DNA of 64,000 bases from Eledone cirrhosa (GCA_964016885.1 OZ024740.1:376588001-376652000), one strand, 5' to 3'; counted from the first letter of the stretch, positions 1 to 14,788 are shown. Translations and numbers: made by a program. Notes: generated from the sequence alone by a model not told the origin.

Positions 1-392
1 ACCGAAAGTTATGTTGGTATGTAGGGCTAATCAAGCCGTTACGTCTTCAAACATGAGTCCAAAGGAAGATAGCACCTGGCTCTCAACGCTGGAGCTTTCT
101 CCAGGAATATAACATCATCTCGAAAAGAATCCTTTTACAGAAACGGATCAATGAAAGGCAGATAGCCCACTGGAACAACAGAGTATTCATTAAGTATAAG
201 GCAACTAATTGATAATATAGCCATAGTGAGTCCGTCCTAACATTGCCATTCCTCTCCATTTAAGTAACACTGGCTCCCTCTTACTCACACGAACTATTAT
301 ATATAGGAGTAAACTATCCCTCAATTTACACTGCGACATCACCCAGTAGGAAAATACGTATACAATGTAATCTTATGTATACGAAAATACGG

Positions 393-423
<31 letters not shown>

Positions 424-1579
424 ACCAATGCACAAACATGTTTAGATCGTCAATTCCTATGTCAGAAAGACAAGATACTACATCACCAGTCAATCCACTC
501 CCCTTCGTCTATACCAGATAGAACACGCTATCGATTGCGCGCCCCTTTGAATGAGTGGTGATGTCGGAATGCAGATATAAAATTTACTTCCTAAACCACA
601 AGACGATATTATTTTTTTTTTGTTACATGGGATACAATACTAAACACACGAGTTATTTCTGGGACTGCAAAGGCAGCGATATGGCCTTCCCATCAAATGA
701 AGGATCTTGGGAAGATCTCGGATCGATTCAAATGTTGCCAAGATGTGCCAGCTCTGTACGACGAAGAGACGGAGTATATTTAAGTTGCACATCATCACTA
801 ACTATCTTAACACGAGATTATGCCTACCTTCGCCCCATCACCCATACCCACTTATAAACAAGCACTGGAAATTTACACCGTCATCAAGATAGGATATTTG
901 ATAACCAGTGACTTCACCATCAGTTTCACAGACCACTGACTTTTCCAAAATTGTTCATATAGGTTCTCATTTACAACACTATGATACACAATGGTTATTG
1001 TTTCAGAATCTTTCCTTTTGTTCCGTTTCTACTATATGTAAACATCAATAAGATATCGAATACTTAAACAACTCGTGGTAGGGATATCTTTATATAAGCT
1101 AGACTAACTAAAATATATTTATTTGTCGGTCTGGCTTATACTCCCATAATTAGAGTTTTTATGACTTAAATTTAATAGGTAAAATTGCGTCTCTGGGTGA
1201 TATTTTATCCACGTTTTGAGAATTTTTATTATTAGACACTAATTAATATTTAATTAATATAAAACTACTCCTTAATTTGTCAAGTTGTATCTGAGGGTAC
1301 TGTAACTGCTATTTCTAGCGACATTATAAGTCTGTCGCATTGTCCTAATATATTAGGAGGTATTTGATGATTTAATAGTTCAACAACACAACGTGCGATT
1401 TTGGACAACATGCTGCCTGGGCAATTGAAACGGTACGTATAATTTCTTGGTCAATAGCCTCTTAGTTTTGGAGACACCCCTGAAGAGTATTGCGTATTCT
1501 TCAATTATTGGTAATTTTGTCGTCTGTCTGGCTTATACCCCCATAAGCAGAGTTTTACTCACTTAAATTTAATATGTAA

Positions 1580-1860
<281 letters not shown>

Positions 1861-2329
1861 TATACCTATAAGTATATGTATGTATTTATTTCTAGCTACA
1901 TGCGGGTTCCTGATCAATCAATTTATTAATCGATGTCTCGCTGAAACAATCTATCTATCTTTCTATCTTCTATCAACTAATATTTATTTTATACAAAATT
2001 GTTATAGCTTTTAGGATGATCGATTTTTTTAATCTGATGTGCTTCTCAATAGGTAGCTTGATTCATAAATTTATCTACCTTTCCGAACTAACAGAATAGC
2101 TTCACAATTGCACAGCAATATACTCATAAAGTCTATATTTCTCACACTACTTATAATTTAACACTGATACCAATGTTCAATAAGCTTTCCAATGTTTTAA
2201 TTTATGAGCTCGGTCATCTGTAAATTTTATGGGTGATATACTTTCCACCATGTACTAAATTTTTAATACCTCTGTTTAAGTTTATCCCATTGCTGCCTGG
2301 CTTCTACAATAACTTAGTATTATTATTAT

Positions 2330-3705
2330 TGGATCGGTCGATTGGCAGTATCGGTAGAGGGTCGGACGCCATGCTTTGCAGCATAGAGTTACGGCACTTT
2401 ATGATCTGAGCTCAAATCCCGCGGAGGTTAACTTTGCTTTCATCCTTATGGGGTCGATAAAATAAAGTAGCAGTCACGCACTGGGGTTGATTTAATCGAC
2501 TTCCCCTCCTCCCAAATTATTGGCTTTGTGCCTATATAAGAAACCATTATTATTGGATCGGTCGATTGGCAGTATCGTTAGAGGGTCGGGCGCCATGCTT
2601 TCTACCATAGTTACGTCCCTTTACTTCTGAGTTCAAATCCCGCCGAGGTTAACTTACGGGGTCGATAAAATAAAGTACCAATAATATACTGGGTAATTGC
2701 TGGCCTTGTGCCAAATGTAGAAACAATTATTATTGGATTGGCAGTATCGGTAGAGTGTCAGATACCATGCTTTCCAGCAAAGAATTATGTCCCTTCCCAC
2801 CGAGGTTAACTTTGCCTTGCATCCTTACGGGGGTCGATAAAATAAAGTACCAGTAATGCACTGGGATAATTGCTGGATTGAGCTAAATGTAGAAACAATC
2901 ATTATTAATATTTTGCGCATTATCACTGCATTACAGAGGTGAGCTCTGTTTGCCTTGTGTAGGTGCAGTGTTGTTTTCGGTGGTAATGATTCTATTGTAT
3001 GGAGAATATTCTTCGCAATATGTGTGCGATGCGTAATAGGGCTATATTTTGCATGCTGTATATACATATTTGTACATCCAGGGGGTTTCGTTATGTATCT
3101 GTCTTTGTGTCATTTTACCATTCCTAGAGCCTCTATACTTATAAGTATTTTGTCTGTCCTCATCATCCACATTCTGATTTTTTCTATCTCTAGATCTTTC
3201 TATTTGGATATTATTATTATTGCCATTCCGAGTTCAAATCCCGCCGAGGTTAACTTTCGATAAAATAAAGTACCAGTAATGTACTGGGTATTTGCTAGCC
3301 TTGTGACTAAAATAGAAACAATTATTATTGTGAATTGGCAGTATCGGTAGAGGTCGGACACCATGTTTTGACGCATTGAGTTACGGCCCTTGCTATCTGA
3401 GTTCAAATCCCGCCGAGGTTAACTTTGCCTTTCATCCTTACGGGGTCGATAAAATAAAGTACCAGTAATACACTGGATAATTGCTGGCCTTGTGCCAAAA
3501 GGTGGAAACAATTATTATTGTGGATTGGCAGTATCGGTAGAGAGTCGTACACCATGCTTTGAAGCATAGAGTTACGTCCCTTTACGGTCTGCGTTCAAAT
3601 TCCGCCGAGGTTAACTTTGCCTTTCATCCTTATGGGTCGATAAAATAAAATACCAGTAATACACTGGGTAATTGCTTGCCTTGTGAAAAAGTAGAAACAA
3701 TTATT
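2330..3705 (+). mobile_element. Head-to-tail cluster of six tRNA-derived SINE copies (approx. 2330-2545, 2553-2728, 2733-2900, 3226-3325 5'-truncated, 3329-3515, 3519-3705)
   Basis: Repeated unit: TGGCAGTATCGG (A-box-like), GTTCAAATCC (B-box), GCCTTTCATCCTTACGGGGTCGATAAAATAAAGTACCAG (Nin/Deu-domain-like core), ending AGAAACAATTATTATT. Confidence 0.9.
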
Positions 3706-4400
3706 ATTTTCATTTCTTTTATCTTGCTTTAAGTTCATATGAGTTATCACCAAGTCACAACCAGTGACCTCAAAGCAACAAGGTCTGCCATGTTCAGGAA
3801 ATACATACACACACACTCATATACACACACATGTATCTTTAGGCGTTTACACTTGTGATATACTTTTATCGACAGAATCTTCCTTAGTATATAGGCAGTT
3901 CCCATTAGTACCATCTTTTGTATTTCTTCTATACGCTGGTTTCTTGAGATTTGGGATAAGTAATCATTAGAACCCTTAGGTATCATTCCTAGAACGCCTA
4001 CAACTAGTATTGTTAAAGCTCTCAACTTTCACATTTTTCCAATCTATTTCCAGGTCTTTATATTTGCGCAACTTTTCAAATCTTTTTACAAATACATTCT
4101 TGTCTATAGGAATGGCCATCTCAATTATCAGGCATACCCTCTGTTTAAAGTATATAATTATTATTTTATGACACAGTGTAGGGGAAATATGCAACATGTC
4201 ACAAGGGCATCAGACAGATAATATTTTTCTTATATTGTGCGCAAAGGTGATTTTTGTATGACACCAATCTTGCATGACTTTCTCATCCGCTTTAAGAAGT
4301 CTTGAAGGTTTAAAACCCTGATCACTACTAGTCTCTCGTTCCGATTTCCCAATCATATTCCAAAGAGTTTTAATATTTCCACTTTCAATTCGGACCACTT
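3700..4400 (-). mobile_element. 5'-truncated, decayed R4/Dong-clade LINE 3' end (restriction-like endonuclease domain)
   Basis: ORF fragments CLIIEMAIPIDKNV..KRFEKLRKYKDLEID and VVGVLGMIPKG..IQKMVLMGTAYILRKILS parallel the C-terminus of the 33685-35703 ORF ([29 protein letters not shown]). Ends at a TAA tract. Confidence 0.8.
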
Positions 4401-4448
4401 GATTTTATCCCCTATTTACTCCCAATATTCATGTCATTTACACACACA

Positions 4449-4600
4449 GATATATATATCTTAGTCTTAGTCTTAGTTCCTTCAGTCCCTTGTGGAAAAT
4501 TGGGCGACGAGCTTCCTCCACTTGATCCTATCACTGGCGGCCCTTCTAGCACCTCTCCAGGCAATTCCCATCTCCCGCAGGTTCTCCCTGAATGTGCCCC
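4449..4600 (-). mobile_element. Short 3' end of a probable RTE-clade LINE with (CTAAGA)n tail
   Basis: TTAGTC repeat followed by a GC-rich segment whose reverse complement reads like an RTE C-terminus (A..R..WR..V..). Confidence 0.45.
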
Positions 4601-4975
4601 TCCCCCCTCCCCCGGAAGTGAACCACACAGGAAGAGCGATTATCCTAAGGTACTCAGCCTATACGCATGAATGCGTGCCCGCAACCGTGCGTTGTGTGTG
4701 TATACCGTGATTAGGTGAATGTACGCACTTATGTGAACGCAACGAAATACTAATACTCTAGGTTGCATTTGAAAAATGCTCGTGTGTATGCTTAAGAGTA
4801 TATTTGTGTAAGCTCTCTTGTATGAATGCACATGTGTATATAGACATACACACGCATCCAGAGGTATACAAGTGTGGGTTGGTGCGTGTATACCTGTATA
4901 TGTCTGTACTAAGGGATTCGCCTAAGCTCCAAAGCCCCTAATGTATCGCTGTGAAGATATATATCACACTCTACT

Positions 4976-5175
4976 NNNNNNNNNNNNNNNNNNNNNNNNN
5001 NNNNNNNNNNNNNNNNNNNNNNNNNNNNNNNNNNNNNNNNNNNNNNNNNNNNNNNNNNNNNNNNNNNNNNNNNNNNNNNNNNNNNNNNNNNNNNNNNNNN
5101 NNNNNNNNNNNNNNNNNNNNNNNNNNNNNNNNNNNNNNNNNNNNNNNNNNNNNNNNNNNNNNNNNNNNNNNNNNN
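4976..5175. other. Assembly gap (200 N)
   Basis: Run of N. Confidence 1.
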
Positions 5176-5228
5176 GACTCTCTTTGAAGCTACTCTCTTT
5201 CAACCAAATCCCACCCCCTCTCTCTCTC

Positions 5229-5267
<39 letters not shown>

Positions 5268-5329
5268 TTGTTTATGAAGGTACCCGGAAAAACACCATAT
5301 CTCGGGAATCCGTCTTCCGATTTACGCGA

Positions 5330-7560
5330 ATCTTGTTTTATTCCATTTGTATTCCCATTTCAGGGTCAACATCTTCTCAAAGTATTTTTCCCTTATGCGC
5401 CCATTTAGTGTTTTAGTAGTATATAGATAATATCCGGTCGGTGATGCTCAATTAATCGATCAGCCTGAAAATCATAATCCCAAAATATTGTTGCTTTCCC
5501 ACCCTCCTGGATTACTCATATCAATTTTCTATTGCATTTCTGGGTATCTGACGTTTTGTAGATGTTGTACTGCACTGAATTGGTAGCAAGAGCTTGATCC
5601 TGTGTTGCAATTATAAAGCTTCAAATGGTACGCTTCAAATCGTCTTGCTTAAGTCATGTCTATGGTATTGTTTTATCCTTGGTTTCCTGTATATATTTTT
5701 CAAACTACCCATGAATTCTCATTTTCAGAAGATATTTTTGCTCCTTTTCAACTTTTTGGTTGAATTATTCCATACCAACCATTTCCTCTGCATTTATACC
5801 CAAATCTTTTGCTGCATATTGCAACAACAATTTGTCATTATTAAGTAAATATTCTGTACAATAATCCACGCTGCTGAGACCTCTACCTACCACCATTCTT
5901 TTTCATCGTGTAGAAACCATTTATACTGGCTTGTAAAGCTTCCTACGTTATTTCGTATCTCGTCTTTCTATTCAACTTTGTCATCTTTTATTCTGTTTAC
6001 CTGAGAATGAATGGACTATATCTTACAACTGCAGCTGCCCCGATATCCATTCACTGACTAGATGTCTCGCATTCAGGTTTGATTTTAAAATCATTTTTAC
6101 TTTTTTAAATATGCTTCTCTAGCATTTTGCTTTCATTTCTGCAGATAAAATGGTACCCACTTCTAAAATCCCAAAATACGTGTATCGACTATCTTATGGT
6201 TCCCCCGTGCTTTTCCCGAAGGTAGACTTAATTAACTACAGGCTGCTTTCTTCCTTCTTTTTATATTAAGCACAGAACATTTGGAAATGCCAAATTCCAT
6301 ACCGATATCACTGATACATATCTGGTCTGCTTTAACCATATGTTCTATATGGTCTTCAGATTCCCAAACAGTTTCAGACTATCCAAAAAGAGAAGATGGT
6401 TTATGATTTGTCGTTTCTTTTCACATTGGTAACCCATTTTTTGTTTCCTAAGTGTCAGCTTTATAGGTATAGATGCTACAACAAACATTAATGGTGACGA
6501 TGAGTTACCTTGGAAGATATTCCTTTTAATTTCTACTTCTTCAAGGAATAGATTGTTCGAATTCAAATTCGACTTCCACTGTATCCTATTTGTCATAAGG
6601 ATATTTGGGATGTCGGGAATACAAAACATTTTCAGCCATTCACCAATGCAGCACACATCATATCATGTGCATTCTTAAAGTAAATCCAGGCCACAGAAAT
6701 GTTGGTATAATGTGTTTTACAATGCTTCAAAACTGTCGTATCGATAACTGGGTAATATTTGGTACCCTGATATTTCTTTCTACAAGCTTTTTGTTTCCTT
6801 GGTTATATTCCTTCCTGTAATTAACCGCAATTATCGCAGTATATACATTCCATATTATGTTCAGGCATGCTATAGGAAGCGTTGTCCTTCTCGTTCCCAT
6901 CCAAGAAGCAACTGCATATCTCTGGACACATTCCTTCCAGTTAGGTACCAGTCTTTCATGAATAAAATAGCATCTCTTCAACCAAAAGGTCCCATCTGGA
7001 CCGGAAGCTTTCCAGTTTGGTACCTTGGTCAATTTATCCTTCACACTGCTTATGATATTATCCCTAGTTCTTTTGCCTTATTCTGCTTTGTTTTTGTCAA
7101 TTGTAATTTCTCTTCAACAAGTAGTACAATAGCTTGGATAAGATTCCTTGATTGTATTATGTCCTCAGTTTGGATATGTCATATGTAATTTTACGTTTTT
7201 GTAATTTCATTTATCATACTCCTATCTAATCTCCTCGTGTTCATCAGAATCTTTACTTGAAGGGCATTAATCACATCCATAAGCCATCTTTGCAATTCAA
7301 TTGATTCAACATCCAATTGGCTCCCTCCACTTGTATAACATCCTCCGTAGACCAGCGTTCAATCTATAACCTTTCTCTTCAGCAACCCTATCAGTTTCAC
7401 CATAATATAGTCTGTCCCGTTGTCTATGTTTCCTTCTGACTTTTTATAGCTTCAAATTCCATTTCTGTCAACCAGCGATTTTTTTCTTATTTATTTGGCT
7501 TGGTCACATAACCTTTGCTCTGTGAGTTGAAAAAAGCCTCTTTCATTTATTCGGAGATCG
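5330..7560 (-). mobile_element. Decayed R4/Dong-clade LINE (RT + RLE), many frameshifts and deletions
   Basis: KVPNWKASGPDG..FWLK, IKRNIFQGNSSSPLMFV, INHLLFLDSLKLFG are colinear with the intact copy at 33.7-37.1 kb. RLE remnant near 5430-5500. Confidence 0.85.
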
Positions 7561-7779
7561 ATAAGATAAAAGACCAATCGTGTTAAATAATAGATTTAAT
7601 CTACTCTCCCTTTTCAGCAAAATGTCTGACTTTATGGCTATATTAGAAACCTGTTATTTATTATTATTTTTTGTTGATTGTTTACACCGTAAGTATGTTT
7701 CTTGTTTCTGTTAAGTCTCAGCATTTGTCTGAGTGTATGTAAAATGCCTAGCAGGGCAGAATTTTTTGTTTCAAGGTTC

Positions 7780-8430
7780 ATTTTCTTCAACATATTCACT
7801 CAGATTTAGTTTTATATTGCACAAATCTTATTTGAAAACTTGAATTGCAATGATCTTGTTAAATCACCTGTTGTGCAATTTCGATTTTCAATCAGTAATT
7901 TTCCTTATTTTTATCAATTCTTTCAAGGCTATATTATGGTCTTCTGGGATGCTTTCACGTCTATCAATACGCATAACTGCAATATCAGGCCTGATGAGAT
8001 CAGGTTGTGTTCCGTTTGGATGATGAAGTCATAGATACACCGCATGGTTTTTTTCATACTCTTTTAAGCTCACATTTTGTATACACGTTCAATGTGTGCG
8101 GCACTTTACACTTTTACGATTTCGCTTTTTCCGGCAATATTTTACTATTTCATTTAATTGTTGTATATAGCATATGCAATTTGTTTCTGGTATCAGGTCG
8201 GACCGAGAAAATCAGGACTTTTTGTAGATGAAGAACCATATTGTATAAGGGAAAGATGGTATTTGAGGGATATTTGTTTGTTATTTCTATCACGTTTGTT
8301 GACCAGTTAAGAGAGGCCTCATTTAATGGGAGTTGTTTTATTTTCTTGGGTGCTGACTGTCTTTTGTATGATTTTTTTGATGGCGTAAACCAAAAGGGTA
8401 GCAACTCGAAACGGAATAGCGTGGACAAGC
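7780..8430 (-). mobile_element. Further decayed R4/Dong RLE-domain fragment
   Basis: Minus strand reads YDFIIQTEHNLISS.PDIAV...LIDV..PEDHNIALKE..K, matching [27 protein letters not shown]. Confidence 0.6.
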
Positions 8431-9101
8431 ATGATCAGTAATCAATATCTTGTCTTTGCATACACTGGTGGTATTACTGCGTCAGACACCTGTATTCAGC
8501 TAGAGTGGTTGATTGTTCTCGATGCTGTGCGTTGAATGGATTCAATCGCCTGAACACATCCCGGGTTAATGCCGACACTATTACAATTAATTAAGATAAT
8601 ATTGCAGACACTGTGGTGTGTGTGTGTGTAAGTATGTATATATGTATGCATATGTGTGTATGTGTGTGTGCGTGCGTATGTTTGTATGTGTGTATGCGTG
8701 TGTATGTGTGTGTATGTGTGTGTGCGTACGTGTGTGTATGTGTGTGTGTGAGTGTGTATGCAGTATCGGAATAGAAGTTAAAGTGCAGGATTACTTTTAT
8801 TTTCTTTATGATTTTCTTTCAGATAATTTAACCGTGTTTAGACGACAGCAACGGGATAGTAGTGGGTGTTCTCATGGTGCTACAACTGTAGTCAAACTAC
8901 AAGTGAATCATTTGCAGCAATTAATTGTTTCGAAAGTTGATAACGTTCAGGCAAATAATAAAGATACCAATGGAATTATATTTGTTTTTCATGATTCGAG
9001 GCTCAGTAATATAGCTGCTAATATGTCGCTTCTGTCGAATATGTTTTCTCCTACACATTTGAGCTTAATTTTGTTTTTACTGGAGAAATATATATCATTA
9101 T

Positions 9102-9288
9102 TTGGATTGGCAGTATCGGACTAGGGTCGGACGCCATGCTTTAACGAATAGAGTTACCCCTCTTTCTATTCTGATTTCAAAATACCGCCGAGGTTAACTT
9201 TGCATTTCATCCGTACGGGGTCGATAAAATAAAGTACCAGTAATGCACTGGAATAATTGTTGTCCTTTTGCCAAAAGTAGAAATAATT
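9102..9288 (+). mobile_element. SINE copy (same family)
   Basis: Same head, core and tail as the 2.3-3.7 kb copies. Confidence 0.9.
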
Positions 9289-12200
9289 ATTTTAATGTAT
9301 GTGTTGTTAATAGTATAGCAGAACGGAAGCTCCAGGAAATTGAATATATGATTGGTAACTACTTCTGGTTGAAACCAATTCATTTAAGTAATTCCCCTGT
9401 GGAAGACATCAGTGTAGCAGCATTTTGCTTCTACTGCCTTGTAAATGTTCTGTCATTTAACTAAGTAATAAGCTTGTTATATGAGCCATTAGTTGCAAGA
9501 GCAGCCGAAAGCAGCAGCAGCAGCAGCAGAAGAAGAAAAAGAAGAAGAAGAAGAAGAAGAAGAAGAATGAAGAATGATGGGGAGGATGGGGAGGAGAAGA
9601 AGATACCATGATAATGGACATGATTATGTATATTATAATGATGGTTTGAATGATGTGAACGTCAATCATATTTCAGTTTTAACTGAATATTGGATGGCAA
9701 AGACTAGCTTCATGTTTTCCTTTCTGATTGATTAACCAAGTAACTGTTCTAGATTAATTATATCGTTAGTATCGCTTCACTTCAAATCATTGTCTTTTGT
9801 AATGGTATAATTTTTGCCTACTACTTCTGAATTTTAAAGCAATTCGCAATCAAATGGTGTTCATTAATTTATTTTCGCAATTATATCTTTTTTATGTAAA
9901 GCTACATATCTTTATTACTATATTCTCAGTGACAAAGGCTCATTAGTTCGCGTAATTTAACAGTAAAATCTGGGAACATCATCATTGGCTCCATCTTCTA
10001 AGAATTTGATGTGGTACCTACATTACTTTACAGTTCAAATTTACGAATAAATATGTTATACATCTAATAACACAATTTATTCCATTCCTGCAAAAGTACT
10101 TTGTGGATATTTTGTAATGTGTAACTTAACTGTCAGCCTTCTACGCATCTGAAATATGGTTATGTGTCTGGTTTTATAGCGTTCGGCAAATTTAATGTAG
10201 TTATTAAAATTTATTGTATTTATTGCATATATATATTTACCATTGCTTTTGTTCGGTTGTACTGTGCTGTGTATTGCGCCATCTCATCAACGTATAGATA
10301 CGCACAAATATCTGACAGAACAATTACATTTAAGCTGCATGTCTCCTTAGAGGGAAAATCGTTAGTAAAACATAAAATGAAAATAACGAATATTGAAGTT
10401 GTTATGGACATATATAAATGATATATAAAAAATGTTTCTTGTATGATTATGTTATTTACAATATAGAACCAATGCCGAATTGCAGTTGAAAAAGTCGATA
10501 AAATGTTTATAAGTGACTTTATTCCTAACAATCTCTTGATTACCGAAGATGAGATATGAGCCAATGAGAATTCCTCTGTGCGGTTTTTCAACCTACTGAA
10601 AATAACAATCAAACCTTTCTCAAATCATTATCATGTTAGATATAACAGTCCAAGATATGCAGAATATATGTTTAACTTGGCTGAACCCCTTTTAAAATCA
10701 GCTTATTTGTAAAACGTCAATTCAATATGAGCCAAGCGGTACATTTTCATGCCCTAACCAATTACCAAACACTGAAATAACACCACTCACACAGCACTTA
10801 CGCAATGGAATTACTACTAAGTAATAAGCGATTGTACATACCATAAACAATACACGCCCAATGAGATATCACACTCGTACATAATCTACAGCCAACATTA
10901 TAACATCAATAACTCACATAACTCACATCCTACACATTTGCCACCAATTTAGATAAAACATCCTTCCCATTACCGACACTATACACACGAAGTAAAACAA
11001 GTCACATTGGGCACATTCTACTCAACTGATGAAATACAGAAATCACACAAACATATACATCCAGTGATTTTGTGTACTTTGACTGGATGTATTAGACATT
11101 CAGTTCTATGTTGTGTCTATAGACAACACGAAGAAAATAATTCCATTTTTGTTTTCTGTTTCTCTGGGGTAGTAGGAGGGAATGCAATCTAATACAAATG
11201 ACGAAGGAGTAGAACGGAGTGCTTTAGGTTAGCTTATTTTACCCATCACTCAAAACATTACGCTGGAAGTGTGAGTTTTGTGATGGGTGCCTCGTCATAA
11301 AAATATTAACATTGATCTCACAAAAAACATATTGCTGTTTTGTTGGATATCATATAATATTTACGTTTTAAGTACAATATGAACGAAAACTTGACTTTTG
11401 GATTCATTTGCAATATAATTTCACCATGGAAGCTCATTACCAAGTATGATGCTTCGTTTACTGAAGAGATAGGTTCACCATCATTTTCATTGTATTTTTA
11501 ATAAACCAAGTTTGCAACATAATGTTTAATGGAAGTATAATGTGAAATATAACGTGCATCAATTATCACCATTAATGTTTCCTCCTGATATTATATTGTT
11601 AAAGTCCATGGAACATAATTAAATACATTTCTGTAATATTAAACCTCTCACAGAATAAAGCTGCCATGGGGATAATGAATAATTTGTATTAGATTCTGAA
11701 TGTTATGTAATGAGAATTATATTGGGTATGTCTTTATGAATGATGTAATTATCTTGCACATAGATAGGAAATTAAACATAGGAATGTCGTTGTAATCTTC
11801 TCGAAAATGTATAATATCGTGTTAATACTAGTTATTTGAGCGAATGCCAGTTACTCCTAGTTTTATCTGAAGTCGACAAAATGAGAAATAGTCAAAATGT
11901 TAAACGTCGATTTCATCAACTATAACTTAAAGTCCACAAATCTTTCTTTTGCATTAAGATTGTTAAATGTAGTCGCTTGTATAACTTACGCAAAGTCAGA
12001 ACACTATATACCATTACTTATAAGAAGGAGTTTGCATTAATATACGTCATTTGATTTCATAATGTTGTATCTTAATGGTCCATAATTAATGATAATTAAT
12101 ACCTTTGAAAATTCCCCCTAATGTGATTAGTTTTATATTGTAATCTATATTAACTTTTCGCCTTTTACTAAACAGAAGACAATAAAATTACACAATGCAC

Positions 12201-13072
12201 ATCTTCATGAGAAAACTTACGAACATAAGCATATTACTTTTGCTATCAATGTCAATATTAATTAAAACATCTTATCAAATACATTTACTTCTTAAGTATT
12301 GAAGGTTGAATTTGATTAGTATACAATTATAGATGCTGTCTGCTGGTAATATTTGCTAATTATAGTCCTCATAACGGTCACTCAGATTTTAATTGCTTCA
12401 TGAAGAGAGGAAACAGTTTGGTTCAAGTAGATGGATTAAAATACGCCACTTCACGATGTATTAATATCTTTGGACTTTGAGAGGGCGTTGCTTTGCAGAA
12501 TCGATATAGCAATGGACAAAATTCCTTACGGTATTCTATATATCCGTTTACATATATAATTCTATTGCGATTTATATATAATTGTCGTAGATGTTCCACT
12601 ATATATATATAACATTCTGAGATTTATATTTAATTATAATATTTGTTAATTAAAATAAATTTTATTCAACTTTAAAGAAACGCCAAGAAGCGTGGTCAAA
12701 TAACAAAATAGTCACGGGTATCCCAACGAATTCAGTGGTATAAAAAAATAAGGGTATTTCAACAGGAAACTGAAACAAAATCAGGTATCAGTTAACCAGA
12801 AAATTATGGCATTTCTTCCACTATCAAATATGTTGCTCATAGTGTAATTTTATGTTAAATAAAAAAGTCATTTTATTTATGCTGCGATATAATATAGTAT
12901 TTCCAGTATCGAATAATCGCACCATTAAAACGAGGATTTCCTTTCAAAATTCCTCTGCTACAATTATACGTTGTATATGATATCTTTGCGTATTTCATGG
13001 TTTTATACCAGTAACATTTAAACAAAATATTATGTCATTATAATGTACGAAAAAGGTAAAGAAATAATGGGA

Positions 13073-13113
<41 letters not shown>

Positions 13114-13859
13114 CGATGGGAGAAGAGGAGAACATATTGAGAGGAAGGCAAAACTATGATTATAGACCTCTTATAACTCCCGGTATATATTTATTTCGTT
13201 TTTCGTTCCTTTAATTTCTGCTTTCCAACGTTCCTTCAGTGAAGAAACGCAACTGCCAGTAATGCAATGATATTGATTGAAAATATCTGGGAATGACTAC
13301 ATGATAATGACAATAACGGCCTTTTACACTGTATCAAAGTGAATATTCTTAGGAAGTACTTTTGCTGAAAAGGACACAAACTAATTTCAGGTACACCAAA
13401 TTAATGTTTGCATCGATGTAATTTGGTAAAACCATTAGACAGTCGGAAAAGTGTTTTGTGGTGTTTGTGTCTACTCTCTGCGATCTGATTTCAAATCCCA
13501 CTGAACATAATGTAGTAGTACAAGTTGGTTGTATTGGCAGAATTGCCACTGCCCATTGCGCTGTAAATTCAAATCGTAGTGGCTTACATGAGAGGTAGAA
13601 TTAATCAATCGCCCCTTTTAACACCATTCCCTTGTTGTGAATAGCAGCAAGTTCTCCTAGAAATTCCAGAATAAAGAAAAACATCATCGGATAACATACT
13701 CAGAAAGCAAGACGGTGTATATATGACGCAATAAGGGATTGCCCCAACCAGTTTCACCTTCAATAACATAAAGTATAATTAGAGATTATTGTTAAATATA
13801 TAAATTTAAATATATATAATTCTCCGTATATTACTGGTAACTAATTATTACAGTTCAAC

Positions 13860-14040
13860 GGGCGGTGGATTGGCAGTATTGGTAGTGGATCGGACACCAT
13901 GCTTTGACGCATTGAGTTACGGCCCTTGCCATTCTGAGTTCAAATCCCGCCGAGGTTAACTTTGCCTTTCATCCTTACGGGGTCGATAAAATAAAGTACC
14001 AGTAATTGCTGGCCTTGTGACTAACGTAGAAACAATTATT
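13860..14040 (+). mobile_element. Full-length SINE copy with target-site duplication
   Basis: Starts GGGCGGTGGATTGGC. AATTATTACAGTTCAAC is present at 13843-13859 and 14034-14050. Confidence 0.92.
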
Positions 14041-14588
14041 ACAGTTCAACAGTATATTAAAATTTAAAGCATGATTAAAAACTTAGTGAAAAAACTGAAC
14101 TAAAATTAAATTAAAATCGCTTCACTTCTATCTTGCTTCTATCTGCCTCTACCCTCTGCATTGATAGTGCATCAATTAGCACCATTTATAGTTTATTAAA
14201 ACTACATGAAACATTAAATAGGATTAATATAATTAATCAACATTTCTAGCGCAGTATCCGACGGTAGGAACATTTAGTGCCAAATTAAATATTAGATGCG
14301 CGAAGAAACATGTTGAAGAAACATGTTGCTAGTTAATCTAAAAAACATGTTACTTGGTAATCTAAAATACTATTATATTTAAAAGAAAGGGACTAAATTA
14401 TAATACATTAATTTGTTTGTGTGAAGATTAATATAGATTAAATTACAGCTTTTAGAAATATTGAATGTTGACTCGGTTTCGACATTTAGCTTTCTCTCTC
14501 TCTCTCTCTCTCTCTCTCCATCTCTCTCTTTGTATACATATATGTGTGTATGTGTGTGTATGTGTGCGTATATGTGTATGAGTGTGTC

Positions 14589-14624
<36 letters not shown>

Positions 14625-14715
14625 AAGTATTTCCCTGGAAAAGGTAAAGGAAAGAAGAGTGCTCTATGTATAGTTCAGAGCCATTTAATTTTGTGATAAA
14701 CTACACAATATAATT

Positions 14716-14788
14716 ATTGTATTACCCAAGGTTTCACACAGTCGGACGATTTTAACAGACGCGTCTGAAGTCGTTCATCAGATAGAAA
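14716..14788 (-). ncRNA. Partly decayed type I hammerhead ribozyme
   Basis: Minus strand: tttctat-CTGATGA-(acgac..cagacgcgtctg..)-GAAA-ccttggg-TA-atacaat. Both core boxes are intact; stems I and II are imperfect. Confidence 0.5.

Noticed and set aside
1-1575. Old Penelope-like coding remnants and a ~50-bp direct repeat (~1126 and ~1526)
   Set aside because: Too decayed for diagnostic motifs; probably mobile-element debris but not callable.
2330-3705. CRISPR-like array or tRNA gene cluster
   Set aside because: Units are ~190-bp SINEs with dispersed, TSD-flanked copies elsewhere. There are no unique spacers and no cloverleaf, and the context is eukaryotic.
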